The translations under genes were made by a program, and so were the position numbers. Below the pieces are notes generated by a model. It was not told where the DNA came from, made no database searches, and saw only the letters and a list, made by a program, of their open reading frames with translations. From Betaproteobacteria bacterium (GTDB lineage: Bacteria > Pseudomonadota > Gammaproteobacteria > Burkholderiales > SG8-41), in contig JACQOJ010000152.1 of NCBI GenBank assembly GCA_016202605.1, forward strand, positions 1,350-65,349: a stretch of 64,000 nt of DNA. The letters run 5' to 3'. Shown piece after piece: positions 57,450 to 64,000 of this stretch; positions within the stretch are counted from its first letter, which is position 1, and each line of letters begins with the position of its first letter.

Positions 57450-58604
57450 TTATTCGCGCTGCGCCAGCTTCGGACGCCGGGCGACCGCTACGGCAAGTTC
57501 GGTCTCACGGCGGTCGCGGATCACCTTGAGGCGCGCCTGCTGCCCGGGCTGAAGTGCGGCAATCAGGTTCAGCATGGTGCTGGAGTCGGCGATGGGCCTG
57601 TCGTTCACCGCGATCAGAATGTCTCCGGGGCGCACGCCGGCCTTGTCCGCCGGGCTGCCGCGCAATACTTCCGAGATCAGCGCGCCGCCCGCGCCGGGCA
57701 GCTTGAACGACTCCGCGAATTCCTTGGTCATGTCCTGGACCGCGACCCCGATCCAGCCCCGGGTTACGGATCCCTGCTGGACGATCTGTTCCATCACCTG
57801 CTTCGCCGTGCTGACCGGGATGGCAAAACCGATGCCGAGAGAGGCGCCGCCGGGCGTGCGCGAATAGATCGCGGTATTGATTCCGATCAGATTGCCGTGG
57901 ACGTCGACGAGGGCGCCGCCCGAGTTGCCGGGATTGATCGCCGCGTCCGTCTGGATGAAATTCTCGAAGGTGTTTATGCCGAGCTGGCTGCGTTGTACGG
58001 CGCTGATGATCCCCAGCGTCACCGTCTGCCCGACGCCGAAGGGATTGCCGATGGCGAGCACGATATCGCCGACCCGCGCCTGCTCGGATTGACCGAAGGC
58101 GATCGCCGGCAGCCGTGGCAGGTCGATCTTCAGCACCGCGAGATCCGTTTCCGGATCGGAACCCACCACGCGCGCGCGCGCGCGCCGCGCGTCGGCGAGC
58201 GCGACCTCGATTTCATCGGCGGCCTCGACGACGTGGCTGTTGGTGAGAATGTAGCCCTGGGAGCTCACGATCACGCCGGAGCCGAGGTTCGTGCTTCTCT
58301 GGGTCTGCGCGTCGGGCTGGTTGCCGAAAAAGAAGCGGAATACCGGGTCATCCATGAACGGATGGCGCGGCACTTTTACTTCCTTCGTGGTAAAGATATT
58401 GACGACGGCGGGCATCGCCCGCCTGGCGGCGTCGCTGAACGACGCGATGGTCCTGGCGCCGGCTTCGATCTGCGGCTCCTTGATGGTGACGACGGTGCCG
58501 CGAACGTTCCAGGCGAGCAGATCCGGGCGCAGCGTCGAAACGACGAACAATACGGCCAGACAGACGGTCGCCGTCTGTGCGAATACGAGCCAGAGTCTAC
58601 GCAT
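57450..58604 (-). CDS. S1C-family serine endoprotease with N-terminal anchor and single PDZ domain (DegS/AlgW-like)
   Basis: Catalytic triad contexts TNSHVV, DLAVLK, GNSGGALV; one PDZ domain (GALISEVLRGSPADKAGVRPGDILIAVN). Confidence 0.9.
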   Translation of the reverse strand: MRRLWLVFAQTATVCLAVLFVVSTLRPDLLAWNVRGTVVTIKEPQIEAGARTIASFSDAARRAMPAVVNIFTTKEVKVPRHPFMDDPVFRFFFGNQPDAQTQRSTNLGSGVIVSSQGYILTNSHVVEAADEIEVALADARRARARVVGSDPETDLAVLKIDLPRLPAIAFGQSEQARVGDIVLAIGNPFGVGQTVTLGIISAVQRSQLGINTFENFIQTDAAINPGNSGGALVDVHGNLIGINTAIYSRTPGGASLGIGFAIPVSTAKQVMEQIVQQGSVTRGWIGVAVQDMTKEFAESFKLPGAGGALISEVLRGSPADKAGVRPGDILIAVNDRPIADSSTMLNLIAALQPGQQARLKVIRDRRETELAVAVARRPKLAQRE

Positions 58605-58635
58605 GCAAGTGGTTCAGGTGACCGGTTCGGTTAAA

Positions 58636-58991
58636 ATGAATTCTTTACGGCAGGATCGATCGCCTGTGAAGCGCGACGCTCTTGACGCCTGCCTGAACCA
58701 GTTTCTCGATGTCCCTAGATTCCGCGATTATTGCCCAAACGGCCTGCAGGTGGAAGGACTGGGCGGAGAGACATCCGGAAAATCGTGAGCGTCGTCACGG
58801 CGTTGCTCGCGCATGACATCGATCTGTTTGCGTTCCACCTGCCGCTCGACGCGCATCCCGAAGTGGGAAACAACGCTCGGCTCGCCCGCCGCCCGGGCGT
58901 CGAGATCGAGGGCGGGTGCGAAGACCGGAACCGTGGCGTCGCGCGCTGCGGGATCGGGCATCACTTCATCGATATCCCCGACCCGGTTTGA
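58636..58991 (+). pseudogene. Decayed NIF3/YbgI-family (dinuclear metal centre protein) remnant
   Basis: Frame 1 reads ...FRDYCPNGLQVEG, then a stop at 58786-58788. Frame 2 continues DIRKIVSVVTA, joined directly to LLAHDIDLFAFHLPLDAHPEVGNNARLA, then jumps to the extreme C-terminal FIDIPDPV. That is one frameshift plus two large internal deletions relative to a roughly 250-aa family. Confidence 0.75.
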
Positions 58992-59124
58992 ACGGGAAGC
59001 GGGGTTTCGGTGGGAACGGCCGCCGCAACCTGCTGATCTCAGGCATTTTTTTCGCATTTGGCTTAGCTTTTCAGCGCAGCTTTGTGTAAAATATCGCTTT
59101 TTTTGAATTTACGGGGGTTACCGC

Positions 59125-59727
59125 ATGGCTGAGAAAGACCCCGACCAGGGAAAACGGCGCTTCCTGGTCGCCGCGACGAGCGTCGCCGGTGGCGTTGCGA
59201 CCGGCGCGGTTGGCGTGCCATTCGTCGCGAGCATGCTGCCTTCAGAGCGCGCCAAGGCGGCCGGCGCACCGGTGGAAGCCGATATCAGCGCGCTGGCACC
59301 CGGAGAAATGATGCGGGTAGAGTGGCGTGGCAAGCCGGTGTGGATCGTGCGCCGGACCAGGGACATGCTCGAATCGGTGAAAACGGTGGTGGACAAGGTG
59401 GCGGATCCCAGGAGCGAGCGCAAGCCGGGCGAGCTGACACCGCCGTATGCGCGCAATGAATACCGTTCGATCAAGCCCGAATATCTCATCGTGGTCGGCA
59501 TCTGCACGCATCTCGGCTGTTCTCCCGTGGACAAGTTCCGCAGCCAGCCCGAGTCGTTCGATCCCGACTGGAAGGGCGGATTTTACTGTCCCTGCCATGG
59601 CTCGCTCTTCGACCTGGCGGGCCGTGTCTACAAGAACAAGCCGGCGCCCGACAACCTGGTCGTGCCGCCGCACAAGTACCTGAGCGACACCAGGATCGTC
59701 ATCGGCGACGATACCAAGGGAGCGTAG
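59125..59727 (+). CDS. petA: Ubiquinol-cytochrome c reductase Rieske iron-sulfur subunit
   Basis: Tat-type RRFLVAATSVAGG, with Rieske motifs CTHLGCSP and CPCHGSLF. Confidence 0.96.
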   Translation: MAEKDPDQGKRRFLVAATSVAGGVATGAVGVPFVASMLPSERAKAAGAPVEADISALAPGEMMRVEWRGKPVWIVRRTRDMLESVKTVVDKVADPRSERKPGELTPPYARNEYRSIKPEYLIVVGICTHLGCSPVDKFRSQPESFDPDWKGGFYCPCHGSLFDLAGRVYKNKPAPDNLVVPPHKYLSDTRIVIGDDTKGA

Positions 59728-59732
59728 AAAGC

Positions 59733-61127
59733 ATGGCAGCGACCGAAAAGCAACCGGTCACCGGCGCGGGTCCCTTCAATGGCATCCTGACCTGGGTCGA
59801 TCGGCGTTTCCCCCTGATCCAGCTGTGGCGGGAGCACCTGTCCGAATATTACGCGCCGAAGAACTTCAACTTCTGGTACTACTTCGGTTCGCTCGCGATC
59901 GTGGTGCTGGCCATCCAGATCGTCACGGGCATCTTCCTCGTCATGCACTACAAGCCCGACGCGGCCCAGGCATTCGCCTCGGTCGAGTACATCATGCGCG
60001 ACGTGCCGGGCGGGTGGATCATCCGCTACCTGCACTCGACGGGAGCGTCGGCGTTTTTCATCGTGGTGTACCTGCACATGTTTCGCGGGCTGTTGTACGG
60101 CTCCTACCGGCAGCCGCGCGAGCTGATCTGGATTTTCGGCATGGTGATCTACCTGTGCCTGATGGCGGAAGCTTTCTTCGGCTATCTGCTGCCGTGGGGC
60201 CAGATGTCGTACTGGGGCGCCCAGGTCATCGTCAACCTGTTCGACGCCGTACCGCTCATCGGTCCCGACCTCGCGCTGTGGATCCGCGGGGACTACGTGG
60301 TGTCGGACGCGACCCTCAACCGCTTCTTCTCCTTCCACGTGATCGCCATCCCGCTGGTGCTGCTGGGACTCGTGGCGGCGCACATCATGGCGCTGCATGA
60401 AGTGGGATCCAACAACCCCGACGGGATCGAGATCAAGAAACACAAGGATCCGCAGACCGGCCATCCTCGCGACGGCATCCCGTTCCACCCCTACTACACG
60501 GTCAAGGACACGCTCGGCGTGGCGGTGTTCCTGATCGTGTTCGCGGTCATCATGTTCTTCATGCCGGAATTCGGGGGCTATTTCCTGGAGTACAACAACT
60601 TCATTCCGGCCGATCCGCTGAAGACGCCGTCGCACATCGCCCCGGTGTGGTATTTCACCCCGTACTACTCGATCCTGCGCGCGACCACCGAGGACTTCAT
60701 GTGGGTGCTTGCCGCCGCCGCGATCGCGCTTGCGGCGCTGATCGTTCTCAGCGTGAAGAGCGCACGGGGGAAAATAGGCACCGCGGCCGGAACGGCGGTG
60801 TTGCTGGCGGGTTTCTCCACGCTCGACCCCAAGGTGTGGGGCGTCGTGCTGATGGGCGTTGCCGTGTTGATCTTCTTCTTCCTGCCCTGGCTCGATCGCA
60901 GTCCGGTGAAATCGATCCGCTACCGGGGCAACCTCTACAAGAGCGCGCTGGCCGTATTCGTGATCGCTTTCGTGGTGCTGGGCTATTTCGGTACGCAGCC
61001 GGTCACGACGGCCGGAACGGTCGTGTCGCAGATCTTTACGCTGGTTTACTTCGCGTTTTTTGCCTTGATGCCCTGGTATTCGAGGATGGACAAGACCAGA
61101 CCCGAGCCCGACCGGGTGACCGGTTGA
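59733..61127 (+). CDS. petB: Cytochrome b
   Basis: NFNFWYYFGSLA, IRYLHSTGASAFFIVVYLHMFRGL, PEWYF-type VWYFTPYY. Confidence 0.97.
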   Translation: MAATEKQPVTGAGPFNGILTWVDRRFPLIQLWREHLSEYYAPKNFNFWYYFGSLAIVVLAIQIVTGIFLVMHYKPDAAQAFASVEYIMRDVPGGWIIRYLHSTGASAFFIVVYLHMFRGLLYGSYRQPRELIWIFGMVIYLCLMAEAFFGYLLPWGQMSYWGAQVIVNLFDAVPLIGPDLALWIRGDYVVSDATLNRFFSFHVIAIPLVLLGLVAAHIMALHEVGSNNPDGIEIKKHKDPQTGHPRDGIPFHPYYTVKDTLGVAVFLIVFAVIMFFMPEFGGYFLEYNNFIPADPLKTPSHIAPVWYFTPYYSILRATTEDFMWVLAAAAIALAALIVLSVKSARGKIGTAAGTAVLLAGFSTLDPKVWGVVLMGVAVLIFFFLPWLDRSPVKSIRYRGNLYKSALAVFVIAFVVLGYFGTQPVTTAGTVVSQIFTLVYFAFFALMPWYSRMDKTRPEPDRVTG

Positions 61128-61138
61128 GGAGCCAAGCG

Positions 61139-61891
61139 ATGACTGTCACAAGAAAAATCCTGTGCGCCCTGCTGCTCCTGCCGCTGGCGGCCATGTCCGC
61201 GACGGGAGATCTCAAGCTTGATCGCGCGCCGATCGACGGCCGGGACCTGATCTCGCTGCAACGCGGCGCCCAGGTGTTCGTAAACTACTGCCTCAACTGT
61301 CACAGCGCGAACTACATGCGCTATAACCGGCTGCAGGACCTCGGGCTCACCGAGGGACAGATCCGGGACAACCTGATTTTCACCGGCGCGAAAGTCGGCG
61401 ACCCGATGAAGATCGCGATGGACGCTGAGGACGCCAAGGAATGGTTCGGCGCGCCGCCGCCCGATCTCACGGTGATCGCCCGCTCGCGGTCGTCGCCGGC
61501 GGGTTCCGGCGCCGACTGGCTCTACACCTACCTGCGCGGTTTTTACCGCGATCCAAACCGTCCGAGCGGCTGGAACAACGTGGTGTACCCGAACGTCGGC
61601 ATGCCGCACGTCCTCTGGCAGTTGCAGGGCGAACAGGTGCTTGCGGAGGCGAAGCAGCAGGCGGAGGGCTACATGAGGACGGTGCTTAGACCCGTGCTCG
61701 ACAAACCCGGAACCCTGACGGCGATCGAATACGACCGGCTGGTCGCCGACCTCGTCAATTATCTCGACTACATGGCCGAGCCGGCGGCTTCAGAGCGCAA
61801 GCGGATCGGGATTTACGTGCTGCTGTTCCTGGGCGTGTTCTGGCTGCTTGCGTACCTGCTCAAGAAGGAATACTGGAAGGACGTGCACTGA
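61139..61891 (+). CDS. petC: Cytochrome c1
   Basis: Signal peptide, haem site CLNCHS, PPDLTVIARSR, C-terminal TM anchor. Start set to ATG 61139. Confidence 0.95.
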   Translation: MTVTRKILCALLLLPLAAMSATGDLKLDRAPIDGRDLISLQRGAQVFVNYCLNCHSANYMRYNRLQDLGLTEGQIRDNLIFTGAKVGDPMKIAMDAEDAKEWFGAPPPDLTVIARSRSSPAGSGADWLYTYLRGFYRDPNRPSGWNNVVYPNVGMPHVLWQLQGEQVLAEAKQQAEGYMRTVLRPVLDKPGTLTAIEYDRLVADLVNYLDYMAEPAASERKRIGIYVLLFLGVFWLLAYLLKKEYWKDVH

Positions 61892-61901
61892 GGCTGCTCT
61901 T

Positions 61902-62501
61902 ATGATGACTTTATATTCCGGCACCAGTTGCCCGTTCAGCCAGCGTTGCCGCATCGTGCTCTACGAGAAGGGCATGGATTTCCAGATCGTCGACGTGGAT
62001 CTCTACAACAAGCCCGAAGATCTGGCGGTGATGAATCCCTACAACCAGGTGCCGGTGCTGGTCGAGCGCGACCTGATCCTCTACGAGTCGAACATCATCA
62101 ACGAGTATATCGACGACCGGTTTCCGCATCCGCAGTTGATGCCCGCCGACCCCGTCATGCGCGCACGGGCGCGGTTGTTCCTGTTCCGCTTCGAGCAGGA
62201 GATGTTCAGCCACATCGAGGCCATAGAGAAGGGCACCCAGAAGCAGGCCGAGAAGGGGCGCACCATCATCCGCGACAGCCTCACGCAGATCGCGCCGGTG
62301 TTCGCCAAGCAGAAGCACATGCTGGGAGAGGAGTTTTCGATGCTGGACGTGGCGATCGCCCCGCTCCTGTGGCGGCTCGACTTCTACGGGATCCAGTTGC
62401 CCAAGACCTGCGCGCCGCTCATGAAGTACGGCGAGCGCCTGTTCAGCCGCCCGGCGTTCATCGATGCCCTGACGGCCTCCGAGAAGGTCATGCGGAAATA
62501 G
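61902..62501 (+). CDS. sspA: Stringent starvation protein A (GST-like)
   Basis: MMTLYSGTSCPFSQRCRIVLYEKGMDF...NPYNQVPVLVERDLILYESNIINEYIDDRFPHPQLMP. Confidence 0.95.
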   Translation: MMTLYSGTSCPFSQRCRIVLYEKGMDFQIVDVDLYNKPEDLAVMNPYNQVPVLVERDLILYESNIINEYIDDRFPHPQLMPADPVMRARARLFLFRFEQEMFSHIEAIEKGTQKQAEKGRTIIRDSLTQIAPVFAKQKHMLGEEFSMLDVAIAPLLWRLDFYGIQLPKTCAPLMKYGERLFSRPAFIDALTASEKVMRK

Positions 62502-62506
62502 GGACC

Positions 62507-62911
62507 ATGGCTGAGCGCTCGACCAAACCGTATCTGATCCGCGCCATTCACGAATGGTGTTCGGACTCGAACCTTACGCCGTACATCTCGGTCAGGGTCG
62601 ACGCGAATACGCGCGTGCCCGTGGAGCACGTCAAGAACGGCGAGATCGTGCTCAACCTGAGCTATGACGCGACGCACCGGCTCACCATCGGCAACGATTT
62701 CGTTCAGTTCTCGGCGCGGTTCGGCGGCGTCTCGCGCGAGTGCTCCATTCCCATGGCGGCGATTCAGGGGATTTTCGCGCGCGAGAACGGGCAGGGACTG
62801 TTCTTCCAGTCTACCGAACCCGGGCCCGAAGAGGCTGCGGCGCCGGAGACCAAGCCGGAAAACGGCGCCCCGTCGCCCAACGGCAAGCCCAAGCTCCAGG
62901 TGATCAAGTAG
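62507..62911 (+). CDS. sspB: ClpXP adaptor / stringent starvation protein B
   Basis: STKPYLIRAIHEWCSDSNLTPYISV, with C-terminal KPKLQVIK (ClpX-binding-type tail). Confidence 0.93.
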   Translation: MAERSTKPYLIRAIHEWCSDSNLTPYISVRVDANTRVPVEHVKNGEIVLNLSYDATHRLTIGNDFVQFSARFGGVSRECSIPMAAIQGIFARENGQGLFFQSTEPGPEEAAAPETKPENGAPSPNGKPKLQVIK

Positions 62912-62954
62912 TACGCGCCGCCGGCTGCATGGTCCGACCCGACGGAGGAAGCGC

Positions 62955-63923
62955 ATGACACGACGATTTGACGCGAAGAAATTCGATATGGCGCACCTGC
63001 GCGCCACCGCGGAGAAATGCAGGAACTGGGGACGCTGGGGACCTGACGACGAAGTCGGCACGCTCAATTTCATCACGGCGCAGGACATCGTCAACGCCGG
63101 CCGGCTGATCCGCAAGGGCAAGGCGTTTTCGCTCGGGCTCAACTTCGACCGGCACGGTCCCCAGCGCGGGCTGTGGGGCAACCGCTTCAACCCGATCCAC
63201 ACCATGCTCGCCACCGGCACCGACGCGGTCGCGGGCAACCAGGACAAGGGCGGGCTGCGTTACGCCGACGACATGGTGTCGCTGCCGCTGCAGTGCGGGA
63301 CCCAATGGGACGCGCTCGGCCATATTTTCTACGACGACAAGATGTGGAACGGCTACGATGCGCGGCTGGTGGATGCCAACGGCGCGCAGAAGAACGGCAT
63401 CGAGAAGGTGAAGGACCGGATGGCCGGGCGCGGCGTGCTGCTCGATGTCGCGCGCCACCTGGGCCGCACTCACCTCGAAGACGGCGAGGCGATCACCAAC
63501 GCGGATCTCGACGCCACGGCCGCGGCGCAGAAGGTCGAAATCCGCCGCGGCGATTTCGTGATCGTGCGCACGGGCCAGATGGAGCAGCGCCTGGCGTCGG
63601 GAGAGTGGGGAGGCTATGCCGGCGGTGATGCGCCGGGGCTCGCGTTCGAGACCTGCGAGTGGATCCACAGGAAGGAAATCGCGGCGATCTGCACCGACAC
63701 CTGGGGCTGCGAGGTGCGTCCCAACGAAACGGACGACTGCACGCAGCCGTGGCACTGGGTGGTGATCCCGATGATCGGCATCACCATGGGCGAGATTTTC
63801 TATCTCAAAGACCTGGCCGAGGACTGCGCGGCCGACAAGGTTTACGAGTTCCTGTTCTGCGGGCCGCCGCTGCCGATCACGCGCGCCGTCGGCTCACCGC
63901 TCAATCCCATGGCGATAAAGTAG
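62955..63923 (+). CDS. Cyclase family protein (putative cyclase/formamidase fold)
   Basis: CGTQWDALGH motif and N-terminal WGRWGPDDEVGTLN, typical of this family as I remember it. Confidence 0.7.
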   Translation: MTRRFDAKKFDMAHLRATAEKCRNWGRWGPDDEVGTLNFITAQDIVNAGRLIRKGKAFSLGLNFDRHGPQRGLWGNRFNPIHTMLATGTDAVAGNQDKGGLRYADDMVSLPLQCGTQWDALGHIFYDDKMWNGYDARLVDANGAQKNGIEKVKDRMAGRGVLLDVARHLGRTHLEDGEAITNADLDATAAAQKVEIRRGDFVIVRTGQMEQRLASGEWGGYAGGDAPGLAFETCEWIHRKEIAAICTDTWGCEVRPNETDDCTQPWHWVVIPMIGITMGEIFYLKDLAEDCAADKVYEFLFCGPPLPITRAVGSPLNPMAIK

Positions 63924-63934
63924 TGGAGTAAATC

Positions 63935-64000
63935 ATGGCCACCTGTCTGAAGCGGCGCGTCGACGACGCGCAGACCGACGCGGCGGATGCGAAGGTGCGG
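63935..64000 (+). CDS. Start of an unidentified ORF running off the window
   Basis: GGAG sits 8 nt upstream of ATG 63935. Only 22 codons are visible (MATCLKRRVDDAQTDAADAKVR). Confidence 0.25.
   Translation, partial: MATCLKRRVDDAQTDAADAKVR

Overview
Visibly GC-rich bacterial chromosome segment. No database search was possible, so every call rests on reading the ORF-track proteins and my own translation of the DNA. Most of the window is housekeeping synteny of the kind typical of Betaproteobacteria; this is an inference from gene order only. In order it holds a partial TonB-dependent receptor, tRNA-Gly(CCC), an orphan octahaem cytochrome c and asmA-mutY. A long minus-strand block follows: kdsD-kdsC-lptC-lptA-lptB-rpoN-hpf-ptsN-hprK-rapZ, then a CPA2 antiporter. 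From 42 kb come mlaFEDCB, an ABC-2 exporter pair, ibaG-murA-hisGDCBHAFIE-tatABC, a DegS-like protease, a decayed NIF3 remnant, petABC, sspAB and a cyclase-family gene. The accessory part is 20.0-38.2 kb and is the best candidate for an undescribed system. It is a compact, translationally coupled type IV filament assembly operon of MSHA-class composition. Its genes are an ExeA/MshM-like ATPase fused to a SPOR-like domain, a secretin, a TPR protein, a GspE-family ATPase with a perfect MshEN c-di-GMP motif, a GspF platform, a PilM/N-like fusion, PilO-like and PilP-like proteins and two pilin paralogues. A sigma-54 (NtrC-family) response regulator and an 8-TM histidine kinase bracket the operon. 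A detached major-prepilin cassette has its own GG-N10-GC sigma-54 promoter and terminator. The locus is flanked by an ABC ATPase on one side and an orphan ABC-2 permease on the other. A second, window-wide signal is that at least 12 intergenic spacers are filled with tandem 7-9 nt repeats arranged as inverted arrays. Most use a TGA/TAA-containing unit, and several begin at the stop codon of the upstream gene. No rRNA, CRISPR array, transposase, integrase or phage genes were seen.
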